Of a stretch of DNA of 45,320 nucleotides, positions 10,447 through 19,682 are shown piece after piece; position 1 is the first letter of the stretch; the number at the start of each line of letters is the position of its first letter. A model generated the notes under the pieces. The model did no database searches. It saw only the letters and a list, made by a program, of their open reading frames with translations, and was not told the DNA's origin. The stretch is from an uncultured delta proteobacterium (GTDB taxonomy: Bacteria > Desulfobacterota > Binatia > Bin18), in NCBI GenBank assembly GCA_963733195.1, contig CAVTCR010000016.1:1-45320 (forward strand), in the 5' to 3' direction. The position numbers and the translations under genes were made by a program.

Positions 10447-11661
10447 ATGAAATTTAATCTCTTCATTTTACCGACGATTCCAGGAACGTCTGAGGAGCGT
10501 GAACGGTTACGACCGATTGGACGCAACAACGATAAGTACCAGCAGATGTTGCAAGAGGTACGCGATATCGCGCAGATGGCCGAAGACTTGGGCTTTGATG
10601 CTATGTCAACAACCGAGCATCACTTCCACTCTGAAGGCTTTGAGGCTTCGGTGGCTCCGTTGATGTTGTACACTGACCTTGCGGCCCGCACTAAGCGCAT
10701 CAAATTTGCCTCGTTGGGATTGGTGTTACCTACCTGGGACCCGATCCGCGTTGCTGAAGAGGTTGCAATCCTGGATCACCTCACTAAAGGACGCTTCATC
10801 GCCGGGTTTGCCCGTGGCTACCAAGATCGCTGGACTAACGTTCTCGGGCAACATTACCATGTGACCGGTGCGCCGATGGATGGTTCCGAAGTTGATGCCC
10901 ACAACCGTGCCGTGTTTGAAGAAGTTTTTAAGATTGTCAAAATGGCGTGGACGCAAGAAACGATCCGTTTCAAGACAAAATACTACGAGGTGCCGACCCC
11001 ACATGATGAGGGAATCCGCCGCTGGCCAGTGGCGAAAAACTGGACCGCAAAGTATGGTGCGCCTGGAGAGGTTGACAAAGATGGTGTTGTGCAGCGGATT
11101 TGCGTGATTCCGAAGCCTTATACCCAGCCGCATCCGCCAATCTGGCAGCCCTTCTCAGTGAGTGAAAAAACCATCAGATGGTGTGCTGCCGAAAATATCG
11201 TTCCGTGGATTCTCGTATCGCATCCCCCGTCGTTTCGGCAGCTCTGTGAGGCGTACAAAGAAGAAGCGGCAAAAGCTGGACGGAAACTAGAGATGGGGCA
11301 AAGTGTCGGAGTGTTCCGTTCCGTGCATCTCGGGCGTAATTATACCGAAGCGTATTCCTTAGGAACGCACGCACAGGGCACGGGGTTCATCGAATACTTT
11401 TCTGGGTTCGGCTTTTTTGAAGCCTATCGTTATCCAGGTGAGACAACGCCAGTGCCACAGACCTTTGAGCGTATGGTGGAAGCGAAGTATGCACTGGTTG
11501 GAACAATCGATGACATGAAGCGGGAATTTGAGGCGCTGCAGAAGAATGCTAACCCTGAATGGTTCGGATGGTATTTCGACCAGGGACTCCTATCCTGGGA
11601 TGAAGCAAAACGACAACTCGAATGGTTTGGCAAGCATATCATTCCTGAGTTTAAGGGCTAG
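10447..11661 (+). CDS. LLM class flavin-dependent oxidoreductase
   Basis: AEDLGFDAMSTTEHHFH, WDPIRVAEEVAILDHLTKGRF, PKPYTQPHPPIW; AAGGAGG RBS. Confidence 0.93.
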   Translation: MKFNLFILPTIPGTSEERERLRPIGRNNDKYQQMLQEVRDIAQMAEDLGFDAMSTTEHHFHSEGFEASVAPLMLYTDLAARTKRIKFASLGLVLPTWDPIRVAEEVAILDHLTKGRFIAGFARGYQDRWTNVLGQHYHVTGAPMDGSEVDAHNRAVFEEVFKIVKMAWTQETIRFKTKYYEVPTPHDEGIRRWPVAKNWTAKYGAPGEVDKDGVVQRICVIPKPYTQPHPPIWQPFSVSEKTIRWCAAENIVPWILVSHPPSFRQLCEAYKEEAAKAGRKLEMGQSVGVFRSVHLGRNYTEAYSLGTHAQGTGFIEYFSGFGFFEAYRYPGETTPVPQTFERMVEAKYALVGTIDDMKREFEALQKNANPEWFGWYFDQGLLSWDEAKRQLEWFGKHIIPEFKG

Positions 11662-11679
11662 GTGTAGAGAAAAGAGACA

Positions 11680-11753
11680 AGGGGCTTTAAGCCCCTGTTA
11701 ATTCAAGGGGCGTGTCGTAACCTGACCAAGAGGTGACACGCCCCTTATTTTTT
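11680..11753 (+). terminator. Rho-independent terminator (double hairpin)
   Basis: AGGGGC-TTTAA-GCCCCT, then AAGGGGCGTGTC...GACACGCCCCTT followed by ATTTTTT. Confidence 0.75.
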
Positions 11754-11772
11754 GTTTGAGGAAGAACAGGCG

Positions 11773-12615
11773 ATGAAGATTCTCATCACTGGAGCTGGTG
11801 GACAACTTGGGTACGCTTTACCTCAGGCGTTGGTGGACCATAAGATTCATGCCTTCACGCATGCCCAGCTTGATATTACGCAACTGTCAGCCGTGCGCAC
11901 AGAAATAGAACATGTGGAGCCTGATCTGGTCATCAATGCTGCTGCCTATAACAACGTGGATGGAGCAGAGAGTGAGCCAGAGGCTGCTTATCGTAGTAAT
12001 GCGCTCGGACCACGAAATCTCGCACTTGTAACCGCTGCTCACGGGATTCCACTTCTCCATGTCTCAACTGATTATGTATTTTCTGGCACCGGGAAACGAC
12101 CGTATCATGAGTTCGACCGTACGGGGCCGCAATCAGTCTACGGCGAGAGCAAACTTGCAGGAGAGGAAGCAGTCAGGGCACTTAATCCACGCCATTATAT
12201 TATCCGTACGGCATGGCTGTACCATATCATTGGCAAAAATTTCCTCAGAACGATGTGCACATTAGCTCGGCAACAATCGGAAGTACGGGTCGTCAACGAT
12301 CAACGTGGCTCTCCGACCTACGTCCCCCATCTGGTAGATGCGCTTGTACGTCTAATGACGACCAAAAGCTATGGACTCTATCATTTTGCTGGACAGGGAG
12401 AAGCAAGTTGGTATGAGTTGACGTGTATGCTGTACCAACTACTGGGCATTGAGACCTCGGTATCCCCGATACAAACTACTGAATTCCCCCGACCTGCTAG
12501 ACGCCCGGCCTATTCGGTACTCACAACGATCCAAGATCCGTACATTGTACTCCCTGCATGGGAAGTTGGAGTGCAGCAGTTTACTGAGGAGATTCAAGAG
12601 CGACCCTCTAGGTAA
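11773..12615 (+). CDS. rmlD: dTDP-4-dehydrorhamnose reductase
   Basis: MKILITGAGGQLG, NAAAY, HVSTDYVF, YGESKLAGE, DQRGSPT, ARRPAYS. Confidence 0.92.
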   Translation: MKILITGAGGQLGYALPQALVDHKIHAFTHAQLDITQLSAVRTEIEHVEPDLVINAAAYNNVDGAESEPEAAYRSNALGPRNLALVTAAHGIPLLHVSTDYVFSGTGKRPYHEFDRTGPQSVYGESKLAGEEAVRALNPRHYIIRTAWLYHIIGKNFLRTMCTLARQQSEVRVVNDQRGSPTYVPHLVDALVRLMTTKSYGLYHFAGQGEASWYELTCMLYQLLGIETSVSPIQTTEFPRPARRPAYSVLTTIQDPYIVLPAWEVGVQQFTEEIQERPSR

Positions 12616-12770
12616 TTCATTGTTAGTGAGGTATTATTCCTGCTCATTCTGGTGGTTTACTGACAAGATTGCGATAATATTAGGATTGTGTCGAACCTTT
12701 CTGAGGTTGCTGTTAGAAAAACTTTCTGTTACCGTTCGCTTCATTTTTGGCTATAAGGAGCGTGTGTATT

Positions 12771-13139
12771 ATGCCTCGCACGAAATCGTCACGGGATGCG
12801 GTTAATATTCTTAAGAAGCAAGCGGGTAAGATTCTTACCTCTCTCCGGCGTGAAATTGTACAAAAAGAGAAAGAGTTGGTTGCTTTGAAACAGGATGTCC
12901 AACGTTTGCAAACTGTTGTCAATGAACGGACGGGCGCGTTTGGTGGAAGCTCCTCGCGGATACGTCTTGATTGGAACCTTGTCCTCAAGGAATTGCCTGA
13001 AACCTTCACGTCCAAGGAAGTAAGCCTAAAATCCGGCAAACCTATGGAGCAGGTTTATGCAGGGTTAAATCGCTGGATCAAAGATCGCAAAGTGCGGAAA
13101 GGGAAGGACGGATATCAGAAGGTCACTGCAGGCCGGTAG
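12771..13139 (+). CDS. Hypothetical small basic protein (coiled coil plus probable winged helix)
   Basis: AAGGAG RBS; N-terminal heptad helix LRREIVQKEKELVALKQDVQRLQ; C-terminal FTSKEV...VYAGLNRWIKDRKVRK-GY pattern. Confidence 0.65.
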   Translation: MPRTKSSRDAVNILKKQAGKILTSLRREIVQKEKELVALKQDVQRLQTVVNERTGAFGGSSSRIRLDWNLVLKELPETFTSKEVSLKSGKPMEQVYAGLNRWIKDRKVRKGKDGYQKVTAGR

Positions 13140-13195
13140 CGAAAAGCGAGTGCGAGCTTGCTTCACGATAATGACACGAATCGACGTGCGGCCAT

Positions 13196-13444
13196 ATGCG
13201 GAAGCTGTTACATTACTGGTTTCAGCGGGGAACCGTGCTGCGCGCAGTGAAAGTTGCCGCAATTGTCGGCCCAATTCTCACCGTAATCAACCAATATGAA
13301 GTTCTATTGAGTGGAAATTATTCGCTTCGTACCATAGGAAAGATGTTGTTGACATTTCTTGTTCCTTATTGTGTCTCTTCGTTCTCATCAGCGAGAGCCG
13401 AGATCGAGCGGGAAGCTAAGAGAGAACGAAGCACGAGCCTATGA
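13196..13444 (+). CDS. nrtS: NrtS-like small nitrate/nitrite transporter family membrane protein
   Basis: RAVKVAAIVGPILTVINQ...LTFLVPYCVSS matches the NrtS family pattern. Confidence 0.7.
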   Translation: MRKLLHYWFQRGTVLRAVKVAAIVGPILTVINQYEVLLSGNYSLRTIGKMLLTFLVPYCVSSFSSARAEIEREAKRERSTSL

Positions 13445-14892
13445 ATCATTCCGAGGCGAAGCTGACCGCACAAAGGACTTTAGTCTCTCCTCAAAGACAA
13501 TTCCACCGCGAGCTTGGTCTGTTTGATGCCAGTGCCATCGTTGCCGGGTCGATGATCGGCTCGGGGATCTTTATCGTTTCAGCGGACGTAGCGCGGACGG
13601 TTGGCTCACCAGGATGGCTGCTGTTCGTGTGGGGTCTGAGTGCAGTTGTTACTATTCTTGGGGCGTTGTCGTACGGCGAACTTGCCGCGATGATGCCACG
13701 CGCTGGCGGTCAGTATATCTACCTCCGAGAAGCATATTCACCGTTGCTTGGCTTTCTCTATGGCTGGACGCTATTCCTGATCATTCAAACTGGAACGATT
13801 GCCGCAGTCGCGGTGGCGTTTGCTAAATTTCTTGGCGTCCTCATTCCGTGGATTTCACCGCAACACAGTTTATTTCAGATCGGCAGCGTTTCGTTTTCTA
13901 CGCAACGCGTCGTAGCGATTGGTGTTATCGCCTTGCTAACCTGGTCGAATAGTCGTGGGTTACGCGAGGGAAAAATCATCCAGAATATTTTCACCTCAGC
14001 AAAAATTATTGTACTGGTAACCCTCATTCTCTTAGGGCTCGTCTTCGCGCGTGAGACAACCGCGGTAAGTGCGAATTTCACGATGCCGTGGAAGGCTTCT
14101 TCTCTGTCACTGGGATTTCTGATGTTAGTGGGTGGGGCAATGGTTGGGCCGTTGTTCTCGTCAGATGCGTGGAATAATGTAACCTTCACTTCTGGTGAGA
14201 TAAAAAATCCACACCGGACACTACCGCTGAGTTTGCTCGGCGGTACGGTTATTGTAATGGTACTCTATCTGCTCACCAATGTTGCGTATCTCTGTTTACT
14301 ACCACTAGAAGGGGTAGGGACAGGGGTGACTGTAGCAGAGCGAGGTATTCAGTATGCAACTGAGGACCGGGTCGCGACGGCTGCCGCGTCGATCATTTTT
14401 GGTCCCAGTGCCGTGGCCATAATGGCCGTGGCCATTATGGTGAGCACTTTTGGTTGTCTCAACGGCCTTATTTTGGCTGGTCCTCGCCTGTATTACGCGA
14501 TGGCGCGAGACCGACTGTTTTTCGTACGGACAGGTCATCTAAATGAAGCTGGCGTACCTGCAGGTGGCTTATGGCTACAGATGCTATGGGCGTCACTCCT
14601 GACGCTGTCCGGGACTTACGGCAACCTGCTCGACTATGTCATCTTTGCTGCGTTACTATTTTACGTGTTGACAGTTATCGGTCTTTTTATTCTTCGCCAT
14701 ACGCGTCCAGAGGCCGAGCGCCCCTATCGAGTCTATGGGTACCCATGGGTACCAGGACTATATGTTCTAATTGCGTCTATTATTATGGTTAACCTATTGT
14801 TCGTGAAACCTGCGTATACTTGGCCAGGACTACTACTCGTTCTTACTGGAGTACCGGTTTATTTTCTCTGGCAACGTCGTATGGACGAGTAG
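13441..14892 (+). CDS. APC family amino acid permease
   Basis: GSMIGSGIF, YGELAAMMPRAGGQYIYLREAY, SSDAWNNVTF, RPYRVYGYP; about 12 TM segments. Confidence 0.93.
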   Translation: MNHSEAKLTAQRTLVSPQRQFHRELGLFDASAIVAGSMIGSGIFIVSADVARTVGSPGWLLFVWGLSAVVTILGALSYGELAAMMPRAGGQYIYLREAYSPLLGFLYGWTLFLIIQTGTIAAVAVAFAKFLGVLIPWISPQHSLFQIGSVSFSTQRVVAIGVIALLTWSNSRGLREGKIIQNIFTSAKIIVLVTLILLGLVFARETTAVSANFTMPWKASSLSLGFLMLVGGAMVGPLFSSDAWNNVTFTSGEIKNPHRTLPLSLLGGTVIVMVLYLLTNVAYLCLLPLEGVGTGVTVAERGIQYATEDRVATAAASIIFGPSAVAIMAVAIMVSTFGCLNGLILAGPRLYYAMARDRLFFVRTGHLNEAGVPAGGLWLQMLWASLLTLSGTYGNLLDYVIFAALLFYVLTVIGLFILRHTRPEAERPYRVYGYPWVPGLYVLIASIIMVNLLFVKPAYTWPGLLLVLTGVPVYFLWQRRMDE

Positions 14893-14977
14893 CGCGGAAT
14901 GGAAGAGTAAGTGCCTCTCGCTATAGAGGTGTCCACCATCGCCGATAGCTTCCTGATGGACAACTAAAGCGAGAGTT

Positions 14978-16405
14978 ATGGAACTGTATCACCCATCAGA
15001 GGTTTTTTCACTTCCTTTTATGCCAACTTCACCAGCAACTCGTGGTGTTTGGGGTGCTATTGCCCGCTACAAAGAGCTGAGTGCGCTTGCCCAAGATCTT
15101 GTGGCTGAACTCGAGAGCGGCCTCACTCTGCTCCAGAGACTTCCCGCAGCGATTACTTTTTTTGGCGGCGCGCGTATCCGTCCAGATGATGTGTATTATC
15201 AGGCTGCAGAACGTATGGGAGAACTCCTGGCGATGACCGGGATTCCACCCCGGACGGGAGCCGGGCCAGGGATCATGACGGCGGTCCCGGCGGGATTTCA
15301 CCGCAAGTTACATGAAAACGGTGTGTGGGGCGGAAACGGCAATGGTAGTGATGGTACGTCCTATGAACAGCACGAACGCCCGCAAGCGTTAACCCAAGGG
15401 TTCAACATCAAGTTACCGTTTGAACAAAGTATCAACCCGGCGATTGATGTGTCGCTCGATCTCGCCCACTTTCCGACGCGCAAGCTGATGCTCTATGCGA
15501 ACACCTTGGGCATCGTCATCTTTCCGGGAGGATTTGGCACCCTTGACGAACTGTTTGAAGTCTGGCGTCTCAAGAGTGCAGGCCGCCTCAATCACCCCTT
15601 TGTCCTTTTTGGTCGCGATTTTTGGGGACCATTGGCCGAGGCGCTTCGGCAAAGTACCTTGGGTGCAAGACGAGAGACCGTACCTCAGAACGTTTTTGCT
15701 CTGGTAAAGCTTTGTGACGAACCCGAAGAAACTCTACAGTCGCTTACAACTGACAGCGAGCAGACTGGTAGTGAAGAACCGCTTGAACAACTCGGACGAC
15801 GTATTGCCCACGAAATTGTGGAGGGACTCGAGTATCTTGAGCGGCTGACACCAGCCGTGACCGTGCTGGGCGGGTCGCGCCTGCGGAATGATGACCGGAG
15901 CGTCGTAGCATGCGAGGAGATTGCGCGGCGGTTAGCGATTGCTGGAGTGCCGACACGGGCCGGAGGTCCTGGGTCGTTATCTGTGGCGCTCGCACGAGGA
16001 GGGCACCGAGGTGCCGAGTATCTGCCTCAACAAGCCTTCGGTATGCGTCGGCGTGACGCACGGAATCTCTATGGTGCGGATCGTGTACACCTGGTCAATG
16101 ATCGCCTCACACATAAAGTGTTACTGACGGAAGGCTCGTTAGCGATTATTGCTCTGCCTGGTGGACTTGGGACGCTCGACGAACTTTGCAGCGTCCTCTG
16201 TCAGCTGCAAACCGGAAAGATTACGCCGCGTCCGATCGTTTTATTCGGGACGGACTTCTGGCAACCGTTGTGGTCGGCACTGCGAGCACAAATGTTGGAT
16301 GGACCGCGCCAAACGCTTAGTGCTAAGGATTTGCAGTTGGTAACGATCACGGATGATCCTGCCCATGCGGCTGAGTTGTGCCTGGCGACGGTGCCGGCCC
16401 AGTAA
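14978..16405 (+). CDS. Tandem two-domain LOG (Lonely Guy / nucleotide phosphoribohydrolase) family protein
   Basis: Two repeats, each with the PGG(F/L)GTLDEL signature and a DFWxPL motif. Confidence 0.85.
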   Translation: MELYHPSEVFSLPFMPTSPATRGVWGAIARYKELSALAQDLVAELESGLTLLQRLPAAITFFGGARIRPDDVYYQAAERMGELLAMTGIPPRTGAGPGIMTAVPAGFHRKLHENGVWGGNGNGSDGTSYEQHERPQALTQGFNIKLPFEQSINPAIDVSLDLAHFPTRKLMLYANTLGIVIFPGGFGTLDELFEVWRLKSAGRLNHPFVLFGRDFWGPLAEALRQSTLGARRETVPQNVFALVKLCDEPEETLQSLTTDSEQTGSEEPLEQLGRRIAHEIVEGLEYLERLTPAVTVLGGSRLRNDDRSVVACEEIARRLAIAGVPTRAGGPGSLSVALARGGHRGAEYLPQQAFGMRRRDARNLYGADRVHLVNDRLTHKVLLTEGSLAIIALPGGLGTLDELCSVLCQLQTGKITPRPIVLFGTDFWQPLWSALRAQMLDGPRQTLSAKDLQLVTITDDPAHAAELCLATVPAQ

Positions 16406-16452
16406 TGCACGTGACTGAGGTAGGGTGTGAGAGTTGTGTATCTCCATCTCTC

Positions 16453-17052
16453 TCAAAAGACGACCATCACTATTGAAACAAGCGGCGCGAGCACGACAGC
16501 GATAGATAATAATAAGGTGAACACACTGATAGCTGCCCAACCAGTAAAAGCGAGATGATCACGCATTGTTGGGGTAGGAATCGAGGCAGCAAGATGCAGC
16601 CGTTGTCGCAAGTCCCTAACTGTTGATGACAATAATTCATCATTAAATTCTTCTCGATACAAATTCTTCGTGTGCCGTCCACGGACGAACGCACGATAGA
16701 CCGCCCGTGGCGCGATCACCAACCCAATCGCCATGGCCTGCAAATTCAGTTGCCAGGCGGCATAATGATGGGCACAACCTGAGGCAATCTCCCACGCGCC
16801 GATTTCTGCCTCACCGGTCCACATGGTATCGTAGCCGGTGACCACATGGTGGAGGTCGTGAAAACGGACGGCACGAACCCGCGCCGCGGTGTTGGGGAAG
16901 TAGATCGGCAGTGGCCCTGCCTGGACTTTGACCCATGTGGCGGTGTATCCGCCATCACCAAAACCGTTCTCAGCAAAGTATTGGGCTCGGGCGTCACGGA
17001 TTATGAGTGCCTCAGCATAGGTTGTCATCATCTGCCTCGCTTCTTGCTCCAT
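16453..17052 (-). CDS. Coq4-like metal-binding protein with C-terminal TM helix
   Basis: HDLHHVVTGYDTMWTGE matches HDxxH-x11-E; hydrophobic C-terminus; start codon uncertain. Confidence 0.65.
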   Translation of the reverse strand: MEQEARQMMTTYAEALIIRDARAQYFAENGFGDGGYTATWVKVQAGPLPIYFPNTAARVRAVRFHDLHHVVTGYDTMWTGEAEIGAWEIASGCAHHYAAWQLNLQAMAIGLVIAPRAVYRAFVRGRHTKNLYREEFNDELLSSTVRDLRQRLHLAASIPTPTMRDHLAFTGWAAISVFTLLLSIAVVLAPLVSIVMVVF

Positions 17053-17148
17053 GCATTTGCCGTGTGGGGACACAACAAGTCTTCATTGACCTCTCTTCTC
17101 TGTAGCCAGAGAGAACTTTCTTATCAATTGCACAGTTGATAGTAAGGG

Positions 17149-17177
17149 TGAAACTTTTTCCTTCGTTGCGCATTTAA
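17149..17177 (+). promoter_or_regulatory. Putative ECF sigma promoter (TGAAAC-N16-CATTTAA)
   Basis: The same motif and spacing occur at 19620 (+) and 25419 (-); a 17-bp-spaced variant is at 17340. Confidence 0.6.
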
Positions 17178-17407
17178 CTGAACGTGACGGTCATCGAACA
17201 AGATGAGGAGAACAACGCTTGGAGGATTCGACAACGCTCACGAGATAGGCCACAATTGAGCCTTGTAGAGAAAGGAGGTGGACTGGAGACGCAACCCAGG
17301 ACGATGGTAAGAAGGGAGTTAGGACCGGGTACAGTGACGTGAAATCTATAAGTGGATGACAACATCTAAGCAATGGTCAGCGAAAAATCACGAAGGAGGT
17401 ACATACA

Positions 17408-17677
17408 ATGAACACATTCGGTAAAGGCATTATGATCGCAAGTGCAGTGGCAACTTTAGTAGCAAGTGGCTCGTTAGCTGCGCGGGCTGCTGACAAAGCC
17501 GGTGGCGATACGGTTAAGTGTGCCGGTATTAACTCATGCAAAGGAACGGGTGCATGCGGAGGAGGTGGGCATGGGTGCAAAGGGCAGAACTCTTGCAAAG
17601 GCCAAGGATGGGTAGAAGCCAGTGCGAAAGAGTGCGCTGACAAGGGTGGCAAAGTCGTTGCTGATGAGAAAAAGTAA
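17408..17677 (+). CDS. bufA2: Bufferin-type (six-Cys, BufA2-like) RiPP metallophore precursor with signal peptide
   Basis: AAGGAGG RBS; Sec-type signal ending AxA; C-x-G-x-N-S-C-K-G..C....C-K-G-Q-N-S-C-K-G-Q-G-W......C...GG; directly upstream of DUF692. Confidence 0.85.
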   Translation: MNTFGKGIMIASAVATLVASGSLAARAADKAGGDTVKCAGINSCKGTGACGGGGHGCKGQNSCKGQGWVEASAKECADKGGKVVADEKK

Positions 17678-17688
17678 GTGATGAAAGG

Positions 17689-17723
17689 AACGAGCCTCGG
17701 CAACAACTGAGGCTCGTTTTTTT
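17689..17723 (+). terminator. Intra-operon hairpin with U-tract
   Basis: AACGAGCCTC...GAGGCTCGTT-TTTTT between the precursor and the MNIO gene. Confidence 0.75.
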
Positions 17724-17737
17724 AGAGTCGTACACTC

Positions 17738-18586
17738 ATGAGTTGTACAGTTCCCTATCTTGGTCATGGTGTTGGCTTACGCACACAGCATTTCCCTCAC
17801 GTGTGGGATGGCACTGCACGTATCGATTGGTTCGAGGTCATCTCTGAGAATTTCATGCTGCGTGGCGGTCGTCCGTTGGCCGTGCTTGAGAAAGCAAGAG
17901 CCTTGGCTCCCCTGGTCTTGCATGGCGTATCCTTATCTCTCGGCTCAACTGACCCTCTTAATGAGCCTTATCTTTCTGATCTCAAGGCATTAGCGGAACG
18001 CTTTCAACCTGCCTGGGTCTCGGATCATCTGTGTTGGGGCAGTGTTGGTGGACATTACGCTCACGACCTACTGCCATTGCCGTACACTGACGAAGTGTTG
18101 GCGCATGTTGTCGAACGGGTTCAGCAGGTCCAAGACCGGCTAGGACGACAGATCCTGATCGAGAACGTGTCCAGCTATCTGACCTATGCCCATTCCACCA
18201 TGTCTGAGTGGGAGTTTCTTGCACAGATCGTGCAGCGGGCGGACTGCGGCATCTTGCTCGATGTAAACAACGTATATGTCAGCGCGACCAACCATGGGTT
18301 CGACGCACACGAATATCTTCTAGGCCTCCCCGTGGATCGTATCTGCCAAATACATTTGGCTGGTCACAGTACCTATGAAACGTACTTGCTCGACACACAT
18401 GACGGACCGGTGATTGCACCGGTATGGGAGCTGTATCGATTCGCGGTGCGACGTTTTGGTCGCGTTTCCACACTGATCGAGTGGGACGATAAAATTCCAG
18501 AGTTTCACGAACTGTGTGCTGAGGCAGAACGTGCATGTGCCATTGAACATGAGGTCTGGGAGCCTTCCTATGCTCAGTCTGCGTGA
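17738..18586 (+). CDS. bufB: MNIO (DUF692) multinuclear non-heme iron oxidative enzyme
   Basis: GVGLR, FEVISENF, HGVSLSLGS, SDHLCW, LLPLPYT, IENVSSY, LLDVNNVYV, QIHLAGH, DTH, LIEWD. Confidence 0.93.
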   Translation: MSCTVPYLGHGVGLRTQHFPHVWDGTARIDWFEVISENFMLRGGRPLAVLEKARALAPLVLHGVSLSLGSTDPLNEPYLSDLKALAERFQPAWVSDHLCWGSVGGHYAHDLLPLPYTDEVLAHVVERVQQVQDRLGRQILIENVSSYLTYAHSTMSEWEFLAQIVQRADCGILLDVNNVYVSATNHGFDAHEYLLGLPVDRICQIHLAGHSTYETYLLDTHDGPVIAPVWELYRFAVRRFGRVSTLIEWDDKIPEFHELCAEAERACAIEHEVWEPSYAQSA

Positions 18587-19379
18587 TTTGCAGTCGCGGT
18601 TTTTTTACTCGATTGCGCGTCCGATTCATTCTCCCGAAGAGGAATGGCAAGGGTTTGACCCATTGTTACTGCAGGTGATTCACACTCAAGGGAAACTCGG
18701 TGCAGAAGCACGGCTCGACATTTATGCGCAAATGTACTGCGCGCGTCTGCTAGATGCCTTGCAAGAAGATTTCCCGCGCGTCGCCGCAATTCTTGGTGAG
18801 GAGGATTTTCGCGAGATTGGTCGTGCGTATTTACGGCAGTTTCCCTCTTCTCATCCCTCACTTCGTTATCTTGGTACTCACTTCGCCGAGTTTTTGACTA
18901 CACGACCAGTAGGTACCTCATTGCCTTTTCTTGGCGATCTTGCGCGCCTCGAACGGATGCGCCTTGATGTCTTTGACGCGCCGGATGCCGAACCCTTGCG
19001 GCTGGAAGACTTGCAAGTAATTCCTGCTGAAGCCTGGGCGACGGTTCGGTTTCGACTCATTCCTGCGTTACTCATGCTGACTTGCGCCTGGCCAGTGCAA
19101 CAGATCTGGAAAGATGAAGGTTTCACTCTAAGTGACAAGCTGCAGCCGATGTCAACCGTACTTCGTGTGTGGCGGCAGGATTTTACCGTCTATCAAGCAA
19201 GTATGGATGCGATCGAACAAGCTGCTCTCACTGTGATGCAGGCAGGCGAATCATTTGCTAGCGTCTGCACTACCGTGGAGCCTCTCGTCAACCCAAGTGA
19301 GGACGTCTCCGCCACAGTTGGGAGTTTGCTCTTGCGGTGGATCGAAGACGGGATTCTCACCCGCACGTACGAAGTCTAA
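18570..19379 (+). CDS. bufC: MNIO partner protein (DUF2063/BufC-like)
   Basis: LRDLQ..F, RLDIYAQMYCARLLDALQEDFP, FPSSHPSL..LG..F..FL, DLARLE; overlaps the bufB stop. Confidence 0.88.
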   Translation: MLSLRDLQSRFFYSIARPIHSPEEEWQGFDPLLLQVIHTQGKLGAEARLDIYAQMYCARLLDALQEDFPRVAAILGEEDFREIGRAYLRQFPSSHPSLRYLGTHFAEFLTTRPVGTSLPFLGDLARLERMRLDVFDAPDAEPLRLEDLQVIPAEAWATVRFRLIPALLMLTCAWPVQQIWKDEGFTLSDKLQPMSTVLRVWRQDFTVYQASMDAIEQAALTVMQAGESFASVCTTVEPLVNPSEDVSATVGSLLLRWIEDGILTRTYEV

Positions 19380-19479
19380 ATCAGCCAGTAAGGATTCACA
19401 CTTCAGGTTCCAGCTGGAGCTTCATCCTGACGTGCGTGCGAAGGGCTGAAGGCAGGATAAATTCCACGAAGTTCTCAGA

Positions 19480-19586
19480 CCTGTCCTGAGCGGAGCGGAG
19501 ACGAAGGATTCTTCGCGGAGTTTATCCTAAGATCGTTAGACTTCGCTCCGCTTAGGATGAACGGAAGCGAGAGACTCAGAACGACA
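19480..19586. repeat. Nested REP/MITE-like palindromic element (CTGAGCGGAGCG family)
   Basis: CCTGAGCGGAGCG...CGCTCCGCTTAGG...CTCAGAACGACA; related to 29873-29933 and 34860-34925. Confidence 0.6.
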
Positions 19587-19619
19587 CGCATGAGTAGACA
19601 GGTTGTACTGCGTGACCTG

Positions 19620-19648
19620 TGAAACCCCGGAATCCCGTCCGCATCTAA
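19620..19648 (+). promoter_or_regulatory. Putative ECF sigma promoter (TGAAAC-N16-CATCTAA)
   Basis: About 35 bp upstream of the TVP38 start; spacing identical to the 17149 motif. Confidence 0.62.
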
Positions 19649-19682
19649 ATCACCAAATACGGCAGACAGGAGGAATTTTTTT

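Noticed and set aside
18375-18400. TGAAAC-N16-CATG resembling the ECF motif
   Set aside because: Lies inside bufB coding sequence with a poorer -10; probably chance.
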